From Rebecca billardiae RCC1528 (lineage: Eukaryota; Protista; Haptophyta): a stretch of 64,000 nucleotides of DNA. The DNA lies in NCBI GenBank assembly GCA_965240325.2, contig OZ251230.1:2356001-2420000 (forward strand), read 5' to 3'. Of this stretch, positions 31,608-43,700 are shown piece after piece (position 1 is the first letter of the stretch; every line of letters begins with the position of its first letter). A program made the translations under genes and the position numbers. The notes under the pieces were generated by a model. That model worked only from the letters and a program-made list of their open reading frames with translations. It searched no databases and was not told the origin of the DNA.

Positions 31608-32747
31608 CTATGTGCGCGCTGTTATGCTGCCGAGCGCGCTGCAGCTGCCAGCCCTCACGGCCGTGTCCGTGTGCTGCAGCGGCTGCTGCTCCTCGTCGCT
31701 GTCGCCGTTCTCGTTGGGCATCGCGTACGCCTGCCTGTCCTTTCTCGACGAGACGACGGCGATCGGCCCCTGCAGCGAGCGCGCGTACTGGTACGCGCAG
31801 AAGCCGCAGATCGAGAGGGCGTAGCCGACGGCCTGTAGGCTCGTGATCACGTTCCCGAAGAGCGGCACCGAGCCCACCACCACCGCGACGTTCTTCATCA
31901 TCGAGACCACCTTGAAGGTGACCGACGACGTCGTCTTGATGACGAGCAGGATCAACAAGTTGACGACAAACCCCATGCAGCCCTGCAGCAGGAAGAGGAA
32001 GGGGTTGTCGAGCATGCGCTGCACGCCCTCGTTCGCCATCCCCTCGTACTCTATCAGCAGCATCCCCACGAAGAGCGAGAGCGCGCACGGCGGCGCGAAG
32101 CACAGCAGCCCCTCGAGCACGTGCAGCTTGTTGCCCGCCATCAGCTTCTGCATGAGCACGACCTTGCCCGCCTCGGCCGTCTCCGCGGCGAGCATCGCGA
32201 GGAAGCCGGCGAGCACGAACTCGGCCTCCGCGTACGAGGACATGAACACGCCCAGCGCGATCACCAGCAACGAGCCGCACAGCGGGAGCGTCGCCGCGTC
32301 GATGCCGAAGAGGATGCCGACCACGAGCGTGATGATCGGCGTCATCCCCTTGAGCATTTGAATGTACGACACCGAGATGTACAGGTACGCGAGGTTGCCA
32401 AAGTAGAGGGTGAGCGCGCCGCACACGCCGATGGGCAGGGCGCGGCCGAACCAGAAGCGCGGCGTGATCTCGATCGTCTGCGGCACCAGCTTCAGCCGCA
32501 CGACCGCGATGTAACTGCCGATCGACGAGGTGGTCATTCCAATGCACGAGAGCGCCATCGGGAACGGGAAGCCATTGGCGCCATCGGGGCCGGCCATGAT
32601 GTACTTATTCAAGAAGATAATGGACGAGGACACCACCGACCATGTCAGGCATGCCACCACCGCGCGAATCACCGAGAAGTCGGCGCTCATCGCCACGGCG
32701 CCCGACGACCGCCTGGAGCTCGCACCCTGCTGATTCTCCACGCTCAT
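31608..32747 (-). CDS. Triose-phosphate/nucleotide-sugar transporter (TPT family, DMT superfamily)
   Basis: IIFLNKYI, FPFPMAL, GNLAYLYISVSYIQMLK, IKTTSSVTFKV; about 9-10 TM helices. Start may be 32747 or 32690. Confidence 0.9.
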   Translation of the reverse strand: MSVENQQGASSRRSSGAVAMSADFSVIRAVVACLTWSVVSSSIIFLNKYIMAGPDGANGFPFPMALSCIGMTTSSIGSYIAVVRLKLVPQTIEITPRFWFGRALPIGVCGALTLYFGNLAYLYISVSYIQMLKGMTPIITLVVGILFGIDAATLPLCGSLLVIALGVFMSSYAEAEFVLAGFLAMLAAETAEAGKVVLMQKLMAGNKLHVLEGLLCFAPPCALSLFVGMLLIEYEGMANEGVQRMLDNPFLFLLQGCMGFVVNLLILLVIKTTSSVTFKVVSMMKNVAVVVGSVPLFGNVITSLQAVGYALSICGFCAYQYARSLQGPIAVVSSRKDRQAYAMPNENGDSDEEQQPLQHTDTAVRAGSCSALGSITART

Positions 32748-33012
32748 TTGTTGCACAGCGCGCCGGCGCGAGTTCATGCACGACGAGCGTGGCGTTTTTT
32801 TCTTTTTTCTTCCCTCTGGCCTGGTCCGCACACCCTTGCAAAAAAACTGTTCGTCATCACTGCCACTGTTTCCCCAAGCCTTGCCCCAAGCAAAGGACCA
32901 TCAAATAAAGTACCAATAAGGGAAAGGGACCTCCCTTGCAAATACCATGGTCCTTTGCCCCAAGCGGGCTCGCGTCGAGCCCGCTCGGCCTTCCCCGTCC
33001 GGAGGCTGAACA

Positions 33013-34371
33013 ATGCCGGATCAAGAGAGCGGTGCTTCCGGGACCAACCCTTGCTTCCGACCGGCTTGGCTCGGCGACGCACAACGCCAGCCGGTGCGCT
33101 ACGCGCACAAGCTGGCCGGCATGGTCGACGTGAGGAGCCGCAAGTGTGGTCACGCTAGCTGCACCAAGGTGCCTTCGTTCGGCATGCCGGGCGACGCGCG
33201 TGCCAGCCGGTGCGCTACGCACAAGCTGGCCGGCATGGTCGACGTGAGGAGCCGCAAGTGCGGTCACGCCGGCTGCACCACGGGGCCTCACTTCGGCATG
33301 CCGGGCGACGCGCGCGCCAGCCGGTGCGCTACGCACAAGCTGGCCGGCATGGTCGACGTGAGGAGCCCCAAGTGCGGTCACGCCGGCTGCACCACGCGGC
33401 CTCACTTCGGCATGCTGGGTGACGCGCGCGCCAGCCGGTGCGCTACGCACAAGCTGGCCGGCATGGTCGACGTGAAGAGCCCCAAGTGCGGTCACGCTAG
33501 CTGCACCACGTGGCCTAACTTTGGCATGCCGGGCGACGCACGCGCCAGCCGGTGCGCTACGCACAAGCTGGCCGGCATGGTCGACGTGAGGAGCCCCAAG
33601 TGCGGTCACGCCGGCTGCACCACGCGGCCTCACTTCGGCATGCCGGGTGAAGCGCGCGCCAGCCGGTGCGCTACGCACAGGCTGGCCGGCATGGTCGACG
33701 TGATGAGCCCCAAGTGCGGTCACGCCGGCTGCACCACGCAGCCTAACTTCGGCATGCTGGGTGACGCGCGCGCCAGTCGGTGCGCTACGCACAAGCTGGG
33801 CGGCATGGTCAACGTGAAGAGCCCCAAGTGTGGTCACGCGGGCTGCACCAAGCAGCCTTCGTTCGGCATGCCGGGCGACGCGCGCGCCAGCCGGTGCGCT
33901 ACTCACAAGCTGTCTGGCATGGTGTTCAGTCGGCACGCCGTCCCCAAGCGCAGGCTGGATGGCACCGGCGACCAGGGCACGCGCGCAGCGAAGCGACGGC
34001 ACAAACACACCGGCAGCATTGCGGCTGTCTCGGACGCCGCGCCGCAGCTGCCCGCACCGCCGCCGCTCGTCGCAGTCACCGTCGTCCGCTGGCGCTTGCC
34101 AGATGGCACGATCCACTCGGTTGATGACGGGGTGGTCGATGATGGTGCCCTTGCCCTGGACGAGCGGCATCAGCGTGGCAATGCAGGTGATGCCATCCGT
34201 GCTGCCCCTGGCAACTGCGACCAGGGACTACCGGCAAGCATCAACACTACCGCTGCGCCAGGACGACCATCATCATCGATGGCGGCGGGGGCAGCACAAC
34301 GGCGGCAACCACAGGACATACCTGTGGTGATGGCCAGGAGGGTCCCTGCCCGCGACGCTGCGGGCCGATGA
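33013..34371 (+). CDS. EsV-1-7-type cysteine-rich repeat protein (7 full 38-aa repeats) with bipartite NLS-like motif
   Basis: Unit KCGHAGCTxxPxFGMPGDARASRCATHKLAGMVDV, with C-x4-C...C-x2-H; 114-bp period from 33139. Followed by PKRR-x12-KRRHK. Confidence 0.75.
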   Translation: MPDQESGASGTNPCFRPAWLGDAQRQPVRYAHKLAGMVDVRSRKCGHASCTKVPSFGMPGDARASRCATHKLAGMVDVRSRKCGHAGCTTGPHFGMPGDARASRCATHKLAGMVDVRSPKCGHAGCTTRPHFGMLGDARASRCATHKLAGMVDVKSPKCGHASCTTWPNFGMPGDARASRCATHKLAGMVDVRSPKCGHAGCTTRPHFGMPGEARASRCATHRLAGMVDVMSPKCGHAGCTTQPNFGMLGDARASRCATHKLGGMVNVKSPKCGHAGCTKQPSFGMPGDARASRCATHKLSGMVFSRHAVPKRRLDGTGDQGTRAAKRRHKHTGSIAAVSDAAPQLPAPPPLVAVTVVRWRLPDGTIHSVDDGVVDDGALALDERHQRGNAGDAIRAAPGNCDQGLPASINTTAAPGRPSSSMAAGAAQRRQPQDIPVVMARRVPARDAAGR

Positions 34372-34943
34372 AGCCGTGAAGCGTGGCCCATGGTGATGAT
34401 CTCCCGGCGGCCATCACGACCAGCTCTCGTTTGAGCGAGCGCCGGCATCGGGCCGCCGATTCCGAGACGGCACCGGCCACGGCCGACGCCACCGGCCGTG
34501 GTTCTTCAGCGCGCTCGACTTCACGCCCCTGTTCCGCTCATGTCGACCGGCGCCCCTCCACTCACGGCCGGCAAGGGCTCGCCCGGCTCGCCCACCTCGC
34601 TGCTGAAGACATTCACCGTGGCACCGACTCTGACTGGGACCTGCTGCCAGCACGTCGGCACGCTCGGCAAGCAGCTGCCCTTCAGAGTTCAGGGAGGTGT
34701 GCGCGACGGTACGTAGGGGGCAGGCGCACGGGTACGACGTGGTGCATCTTGACGTGGACTTCCTGCTCGAGCCCTGCCCCTGGCCAGACGCGGGTATTAC
34801 TGTCATCAAAAAACTCAAAAAGCCCGCCTGCTTGGAGCCGGACCCCCCCGGCCCGGACTGGCTTGACCACTGCTCGGCGAGCGGGCGGCCAGCCCGAGCG
34901 GCCAACGACCTGCGGCTGCGACACGCACGCGAGCACGGCGCAC

Positions 34944-36795
34944 ATGGACGAGGAAGGGCTCGGCGCCTTCGAGGGCGGCCCCGACGGGCGGGCCAGCGCG
35001 TCGTACGTGCGGCAGGACGGGCCGTTCGTCATCACCGACCGGAGCCGCTCGGCGAACGGCCAGTACGCGAACATGTACTTCACCCGGCTCGCCAAGCTGC
35101 GCCAGCAGGTGCTCGAGCAGATGCGCGAGCGCTGGGGCGCGCTGCCGCAGAGCAAGACGCTCGACGTGGCGGAGGGCGCAGAGTGCGTGGTCCTCGGCAC
35201 GATCTACATGGACCTCAAGGCGAAGCCGAGCGCGCTCGAGGAGTACACCCGAGACCCCCTCGCCCCGCCCGTGCCGCCGCCCGCGCGGTACCGCGGCGCC
35301 GACACCGATCGCGTCTTTCTGGAGGACGAGGCGGGGCGGCTCGGGCTGGCGGGGGAGGCGCTGGCGTCCGTGCGCCTCGTGACGGGCGTCGTCTGCGCGG
35401 TGCGCGGCAAGATGAGCGACGCGGGCGACGTCTTCGAGGTGCGTGACGTCTGCTTCCCGGGAATCGCGCCGCAGCCGCCGCTGCCGCCGAGCGTCTCGCT
35501 CGAGCCGGCAGACGCCGAGCCGCGCGCGGACGACACGTACGTGGCGCTGGTCTCGGGGATCGTCGTCGGTGGTGACAGCGACGGCGGCCACGTCCTCGCC
35601 CTCCAGCTGCTCCTCGACTACGTCGCCGGCCACATCGGCGGCGGCGCCGACCTCTCGCTGCAGAAGCGCACGGTGCGTGTCGTCGTCGCCGGCGGGCTGG
35701 TCGGCCTCGCCGAGGGCGCGAAGGCCGGGCTGACGGAGCCGAGCAAGCCGATGCGGGTGCGTGCGCAGAAGACGCTGGCCAACTCGTTGCAGCAGCTCGA
35801 GGCGATGCTCACCCCCGTGGCCGCGACGACGCCTGTCGATCTGATGTCCGCGCTGGCGCGCTCGCGCCGCCGTGCATGCCAGCCCCGCCCCGCGCCGCGC
35901 CCTCGCGCGCGCCCACGGCCCGCCGCGCCACGGCGCCCTCGCCCTCGCCGCTGACCCTCGCACGCGCCTCTGCCGCCGCGCGACGCCCCGCCCCGCGCCA
36001 TGCGCCCGCTGGCACCCCGCCGCGCGCAGGCCGGGCGCCGGCGACCCGTGCAACATCACTATGCCTCAGCAGCCGCTGCACCCGTGCCTGCTACCCGTGT
36101 GCCACCGCTACCCGGCGTTCGCGTCGGTGACGAACCCGCACGCGTTCGAGCTCGCGGGCGTGCGCATGCTCGGCACCTCCGGCCAGCCCGTCGCCGACGC
36201 GCTCAAGTACGCCCAGGCGGAGGGCGGCGAGGCGGATTCCATCGGCGTGCTGGAAGACATGCTGAACTGGTGGGCGCAGCACGCGCCCCCGCGTGGCCCC
36301 CGCGCACGCGGCCCGCTCCGCTGCCCGCGCGCGCTGGCGCTCCGCTCTCCGCGCGCGGCGGCGGCGGCTGGTGGCGGCCGCGGCGGCGCGCTGTGCGCCC
36401 GCGCGGGCGCAGGCGGCGGCCGAGCGCGCCGCACCGCGCGCCGCACCGCGCGCAGCGCTTCCCGAATCACGACTGACGCGCCGGGCCGCGCCCCATCTCA
36501 CTGGCTGGGCGCTGCGCCGCGCAGGCGCCACATTGCGCCGAGCGCGCCCGACACGCTCCCGTGCTTCCCGTTTGCAACCACCGACCCGTTCATCACCGTC
36601 GAGTCGCCGCACGTCTTCTTCGCGGGGAACCAGCCCAAGTACGGCACGAAGCTGGTGCGCGGGCCGGCGGGGCAGGTGTGCAGGCTGGTCGCCGTGCCAG
36701 CCTTCTCCTCCACGCAGACCGCCGTGCTGCTGAATCTGCGCACGCTCCGCTGCCACCCGATCACGTTCGACGGGCTGTCGCACTTGCCGCCGTGA
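34944..36795 (+). CDS. POLD2: DNA polymerase delta subunit 2 (exons 34944-35845, 36030-36269, 36525-36795)
   Basis: QYANMYFTRL, LEDEAGR, LVTGVV, DLM|PGAGDP..MPQQPLH, VTNPH, LGTSGQ, W|RHIAPSAPDTL, PHVFFAGNQ, VPAF. Two GT-AG introns keep frame. Confidence 0.95.
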
Positions 36796-37060
36796 GGCCG
36801 GATCGGGGCTGTGCACTTGCCGCCGTGAGGCCGGATCGGCACCCCGACGCCGGGCGGCGGCGATCTGGTGCCGAGCGCGCGCCCTGGCCCGGGCTGGCCC
36901 TGGGGCGTTATCGGCGTCACTAGCAGCCCCGCCTGGCAGTGCGTGACGCGCACGAGCACGAGTCACCAGACGACGCGTCTGGGCACCGGGCGCCCCCGTG
37001 GCGCATGTGCGCGGTGTGCTCAGCATCATGCTGACTGACGATTGATCAACTTTTTTTTTT

Positions 37061-37730
37061 GGGAAAAGTTCAGAACCCCGCCGATTCGCGGCGGCTTGTG
37101 CAGAATCCCGCCAAATCGGCCAGAACCTCGCGAGGGGCTTTTCCGGACGCGATGTCCCCCAGAAGTCCGATTGTCGAACATTCGGGCAAGCCACGCGCAC
37201 GAAGATACCGAACCCCGCGATTGCGCCGAAACGGCGCAATCGCGTCTTTTGACGTCGCCGATTACGCGCAGTACCCGCGAAATGAACCCCGACGGCGAAA
37301 CACTTAATCAAACACGGGGTTCGCGTCGTTTCGACGCCCTCGCGTGCTGTTTCGGCCGCGGGGCCCCTCGCGGCTCTTCGGAGCCCGCAAAAAAGCCCCG
37401 AAGAGCCCCCATCGCCCCCACGCGCGCACCTCGCGCGAACGAGGTGCGCGCGCGCGCCCGACGCGCGCGCGCGCGCGCGCGTCGGGCTGCGGGCGGGGGG
37501 AGCGGGGGAGGCGCGCGATGCCGCCGCCTGCGCGCGCGCCGCCTCACGCGCGCGTGGCCTCCCGGCGCGCGCGCACGCGCTCTGTCCGCGTGCGCCTCCG
37601 TTGGTTTGCATAATGTGCACGCCCGCCTCCTGGCGAACTCGCGCGCGACGGCCGTGTGGCGCGCGCGCGCGCAGGCGGAGCTGGTTCGTGCGGCGTTACG
37701 CGCAAGCTACGTGCACAACATGCCGCCGCC
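37061..37730 (+). repeat. Left TIR of the MULE (670 bp)
   Basis: Reverse complement of 52234-52903. ORF-track translations across the two TIRs are identical. Confidence 0.95.
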
Positions 37731-40700
37731 TGCGCGCGCGCCGCCTCACGCGCGCGTGGCCTCCGGACGCGCGCGCAGGTGTCGCCCTTTGCCCGCTTTG
37801 GTGGTTGTACGACGGAACTGCTGCGCACGCAAGGACGATGGTGCGCGCGGCTGGGTGGCGGTGCTGCGCGCGGGCGGCTGGCAGAGGGTACTGCCTGCAC
37901 CGACGTGCGTGCCGGTGCCTCCAACGTCGCACCCCGCGCCCCCCACCCCCACCCCCCCCCCGCCCCTTTTGCCCGCCATCGTGCATCTGTTGCGCACCGT
38001 GCATCTGTCGCGCGCAGGCGGAGGCGTCATCTGACGTGGTGCAGCCCAGGCGCGTCGACGGCACCACTGTGCGCGCGTTGCGGATTGACGAGTTCGTCAG
38101 CGGAGCGGAGAGCGCGCTGAATGCTCTGCGGATGACTCCACAGAACACCCCGTGGGAGTTCAGCTTGGTCCTCGTGCTGTGCGTGCTGGGCTCGGTGAGC
38201 GCCGCCCAGGCTGGTGGTCGTGTTGGTGGCACCGGCTGCGTGCCGCCGGTGGTGTCGGATCTGGCGAGTGCGGAGGCGCTTCTCTGCTTCACCGAGTGCG
38301 TCGGTGTGCTGGCCTCAGCCGAGGCTGTACTGGACCTGGGCGGCGACATGGGCGGCTCTTGCGACAGGCTGTCTAGGCTGTCGTCTGCTGCCCTGTGGTT
38401 CCGCGCCCTGGCGTTTGCGGCGATGCATGGCGCCGGCTGCGCCGGCGCTCCCGGCGCCGAGCACTTGCCGGTGCCCACCTCGCTGTGCCCAGCTGGGTGT
38501 GACCCGGTGTCGTCGCCCCCGCCTGGCGATGCGCACGGCGCCGCTGCCGGAGGCGCTGCCGGCGGTGGGTTGCTAGGTCACGACCCGACCTCGGACTCGG
38601 GGGGGGGCTCTGTGGGCGGGGGTGCGCCGGCGCAACGGCGGCGGCAGGGGTCGCCGCCGCCGTTGCCTCGCGCCCCTGCTGCCATCGCGGTGCGTGCGGC
38701 ATGGGCGAGCTCGCCTCTGCAGGTGAAGGTGGCGCTCGCTGCGCTGTGCGCGCCCCGCCCGGACGCGGGGGACATACACGGCGTGTTCTCGACTGTGGAT
38801 GCGCGAGCGGGTGGCACAGGGGCTAAGCCGGCGCCGGCCGTGGAATACTACGCGCGCGCGGTGTTCGGCGCCGACGCCGGATGCCGCGAAGACCTCTTCG
38901 CCGCCTTTGTGCGCGTGGCGTCGGCGTCAGCCCCCGGCGTGTCCGACGCGCACGCGGCAGACCACCTGCGTACCCGTGCGTACACGAGCTTACGTGGGGC
39001 GCTGGCCCCCGCGCCGCCGCTTGCGGACCACGCGCTCTACATGGAGACGTCTTCGTCTGTGCAGGCGGGCCAACGGGCGGATCTGCTCTGGCGGGAACTG
39101 CTGCGCGCGCGCGCCACGTGGTTGCGCGCTGTGGACCAAGCGCTGCGCGCTGACGCCGAGTGCCGCCGTGCGGCCGGCCACGCAGTCCACGACGATGCAG
39201 ACGGTGCAGACTGCGACCGGCGGGTCGCTGCCGCGCGGGCGCTGCGCGCGTCCGTGTCTGACGTCGGCGACGACGGCCGCGCTGGGCTGACGGCCTTTCT
39301 CGACGCGTGCGAAGGGCGTGCGCTGTGCGAGGGCTGGCTGGCGCGGCCGTTGCTGCACGCGATCTCCGTCCTCGAGCGTCGCACTGTGTGGGCTGTCGTC
39401 ATCCCGCTCACGCCCGCACTGGTGCACGTCGGCGTGGGCGCACGTCTGCACCCGTTCCTCGACGCGACGTTCGCCGAAGCCTTGGTGGCCGATGCAGCGG
39501 TGGCGATGCCGCCGGTGACGCTGGTGGTGACTCTGGTCGGCGCGCACGCCGTCGCCGGCGCCGCCGCGCGCGTGTCCGGAGAAGCCGTGAGCGCGGTGTC
39601 AGGCGCTCTTTCGGCGGGGTGCCCTCGCCCGCCGGGGGTGCCGCAGGACCCCTCACCGGCCCTGCGCGCACCGCCACCGCGCCAAGCCCCGCCGAACACC
39701 CCCGCGTCGTCCCTGAGCCTGTGCGACATGCTCGTGCACAACTTGGCGGTCCAGCACGCGCTTCGCCGAGCCTTCGGCGACGCTGCGGCCACTGCCCACA
39801 GCGTTCGCATACCACCACACGCTGTGCAGGCGTTGCGCGACTACGTCTTTGTCCACGCCAGGTTAGGCGGGTCGGGCGACGCCTCCATGCCCCTCCACGC
39901 TGCGGACCATGCCCTCATCCGCACTGCACTCGCCTATCACTCCGCCGATGCCGCCGGCGTCGCCGCCGAGCAGCGCCGCTGGGGGGTGGGCGACCACGGC
40001 GCCGAGGCGGGCACGCCGACAGCGGTGCTGGACTGCCCACCATTCGCGGACGTGGTGACTACACTGCAGGCCTTCATGGAGGCGGTGTTCGACGTGGAGC
40101 ACTCCAGCCCCGTTCTCACTGCGTGGCACGTCTTCGCGCGCCCGTCGCCTGCGGACGCGCACGCGGGCGCAACCAGCGATGGCCAGACCGCAGCGGGCGA
40201 GGCCACCACATACGGCTGGCACGTGGACAGCGACATGGTGCACGACCCCCACGTCTGGACGGCCGTGCTCGTCGTGCACGTGCCGTCGCACCCCACGGGG
40301 GGGAACCCCTACCCGCTCGAGCTCCTGGACGCGGGCCCGGACGGACACCCCGTCGCCGCTCCGCTGCATGGCGGCGACGTGGAGGGCGGCGACGTGGCAG
40401 GCACCGTGCACATCTTCCCGTCCATGCTGTACCACCGCTCGGCGCAGGCGCCGCGGGGCGGGACCGCCCCTGCGCACAGCGACATGTCGGGGAAAAAGCC
40501 GCGGCGCGCGCACACTCTCGACGGCGATGTCATCAAGGCTGTGTTCTTGTTCGGGTCGCCCGAACTCGCCGCCGCGCTGCGCGCGGCGGGCCGCCACCGC
40601 AGCCCGATGGTGCTGGCCGCGCCGGCAGCCTCGCCTGCAGCTCTCGTCTCTGCGCCTGCGCCGCTCACGCCCCATCGCTTCGTCCTCACGCTCGAATCGG

Positions 40701-43700
40701 GCTTGCGGCACCTGTACAGCCGGAAGCTGCGCGCTGGCGCGCCTGGCGACGCGCAGGGCGCATTCCCCGCATTCAACATGGGCTCGCCCCAGCACCAGCA
40801 GTACGTGGCCGACTGCGTCGAACACGCGCTGGGCGACGCGCCGACGGCCGATCCCGAGGAGCTCTTGCGCGGCGTGACGCAGTGCGTGCATGTGCCGCCA
40901 GAACGCGCGCAGCGCCAATGGGCGCACTCGGCGCTTCTGCTCGCGCTCCCCGGTGCTGACAACGGCGACGCGTCGCTGACAGCTGCAGCCCGCTCGCCAC
41001 CTGCGGGCCCGCACGGGCAGCGCGACACGTCGCACGGCACGGGCCCTGTCCGTGCAGGGCCGGGGACACCGACGCCGCGCGGCGTGGACGGCCGCGCGCC
41101 AGGCGCCGACGCCGGCCCACGTCCTCCGGGGGCCATCAGCAGCTCGCCACCCGTCTGCCCCTGGCCTGCCCCCCCTCCCGCTGCGCGGGCGCCGCTGTTG
41201 TGCACGCAGGCGGACGCCTCCGCCGCCTGCACGAGCCCGTGTGTCGTCGTGGCGGTGCATGGCGCGCCGGCGTCCACGGGCTGTGACGGCGGCGGCGGCG
41301 GCGGAGGTGGTCCGCACGCCAATGCGCGCGTGCTGCGCGAAGGGTCCCCCGGCAGCGCCGATGTGCCAGACGGCGGCGAGGCGACTGGCGCGCATGGCGC
41401 CGGTGGCACTGCCGCCGCGGTTGCGCATTGCACGGCCGCGCCGACGCAGAGCGTGCTCGGCAACGCCGTGCGCCTGGGCGAGGAGCGCGTCGACGGCGCC
41501 GGACCGAGCGCGCTCGCGGGCGTTTTGGCCTCGAACGTCCAGGCTCGCGCCGTCGGTGGGCCTGGCACGGACAACGCGGACATGCCGCTGCCGCGGCCAC
41601 CACATGGTACCCTGCACTTGGCGCCACACGAGCTCAGGCTGGCATTCCGACCCGGCCAGGCCGCTCATGTCGGAGGCCACTTTCACGCGGCGACGGCGAC
41701 CGACGAACAACGGCAGGCTGCGAAGGCAGTGGGCACTGTTGTGCAGGACCTCGGCCGCAGTCGCTCGGCGCACACGCGTGCAGCTGCGAGCGGCAACGCA
41801 CCCCTTTTCGTCCTGAGCGCGGACTGGCAGACGCTCCTCCTCAGCGAGGATGGCGCGGGGGCCGTGAGTGGTGTCATCTCGCAGCCGGACGCCGGCAGTG
41901 CCGCGCTCGCGCGGATCGACGAGTGGGAGGCCACCGACCCACTCATGCTCTGTGAGGACGAGAGCGCGCGCTTCTGTCCCAGCGGCGACCGCGACGATGT
42001 GTCCGACGACGCTCGGGAGGGCTCCGCCCACGCTGGCGCAGCCGGTGCGTCAACTGCGCACGACCCGCTCGCGGCGCTTGTGACGTGCCCCCCGTCCGGC
42101 GCGTGCGCGCAGCCTACGCCCGCCACGCGCACGGCCGTCCCAGGCGCAAGCGCCGCGGCAGGCGCGCAGGGCCAGCCCTTGCCACAGCACCACGGCGGAG
42201 ATGCCGAGTACCACCCACTGCCCAAGCAGTCCAGAGCGGGGCAGCACCATGCGCTCGCGCCCGTGGAAGGCTGGAAGGTGTTGGGCTCGAGGCCGCCACG
42301 CCCGCACACGGAGGTGGTCCGTGACTCCTCGTTGGCGAGCGACACACTCGTGCGACCCGGCACGCGCTTCGAGCGCCTCGCGGACGCCATCACCCTCGCA
42401 GCGGAGTGCGCCGTGCACCGGCGGATCATGCCGCCGTCCGCCCAACTGGACCATTCCAAGCTGAGGGTGACGTGCACCACGCCGAACTGCGCGTTCCGTG
42501 TGCTGGTGGGCCCCGCGCCGGATCACGCCGTGTGGGGCCGACCGGCGTGGTACGTGGAGGCATCCTCCTCACACAGCCCGGACTGTTACAACAACGCCGG
42601 CGGCGCCGGCTCGCGCGCGAACCCAGTCACCTCGCCGAGTCGGTCGCGGACCAAGGCGCGAGTGCGCGTGTGGCCCTACTCCGCCAAGCAGTTGGGCAAG
42701 GCCGTCGAGCACGACTGGCGGGCGCGCTTGCGCGAGCGCGGCGCCACGCACGCGCAGTTGGCGTACGGCGTCACGGAGAGCAAGGCCGTCGCGCGCGCGC
42801 TCGTCCCGGAGAAGGTGGGTGAGAGCCTCGTGCGCAGGGCGCTCGCCGTCGCGCGCGAGCAGATTTACGGCGACGACAGCGCCATGTCGCGCGACCTGGT
42901 GGCAGTGACCGCCGGGCTCTCGGCGGAGGGCAACGCGGTCGCGCCGATCGTCTTCGCCGCGGACACAGTGCACAGCGACGTGCTCGCGATGTTCCGCCGT
43001 GTGCACGACAGCGCCCAGCGCTCGGTGCCGCTCGGCGCCAGGCGGCCCTTCGACCCGGAGGAGCCCTCGGTGAAGCGCGCCATTGACGAGGTGCGCGGGA
43101 AGAAGGCCGTCGGTGGCTTCCACTACGTGCCCAAGCAGGCCAAGCAGCTCTACCGTGAGCACTTCCTGGCCAAGGGCAACCGCGCCGTGTTCAGCGACGC
43201 GTGCCACCTGCACAGGCCGGCGAGCGGCGGTGGCAAGCGTGCCGGTGTGCGCCCCCCACCCCACCCCCCCCCCCCACCCCTTCCCCCCTTCCCCCCTTCC
43301 GTGTCCTGCAGGCCGCACACCCACGCACACACACACATGCACACCCGCCCTGGCACGCACATTCACCCGCACCCCGGCCTTCTCCGCCGGTGCCACCTGC
43401 GCGCGTCACAGGCATGCTCTTTGTGACGCTCGCAGTGAACGCCAACGGGCAGCTGTTCGTGCTCTGTGTGTCGTACATCGTCGACGTCGAGTGCCTAGAC
43501 TCGTGGTGCGCGCACGTGCGCTACTTGAAGCAGGAGCTGGGCGGTGACGACGTGTGGAACGTCGACGACTCCGTCACCATCTCCGACGGGCAGAAGGGCC
43601 TGCGCGGCGCGTGGAAGCTCCTCTGCCCCCGCAGGCACCTGTTCCTGTGCACCTTCCACAAGCGGGACAACTTCATCACGGGGTACGCGCACACGGCGAA

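Noticed and set aside
34372-34943. N-terminal extension of POLD2 or continuation of the EsV gene
   Set aside because: POLD2 similarity starts near ATG 34944; the upstream patches switch frames and cannot be assigned.
36781-36839. 26-bp direct duplication spanning the POLD2 stop codon
   Set aside because: Real but local; no TSD/TIR context, most simply a slippage duplication.
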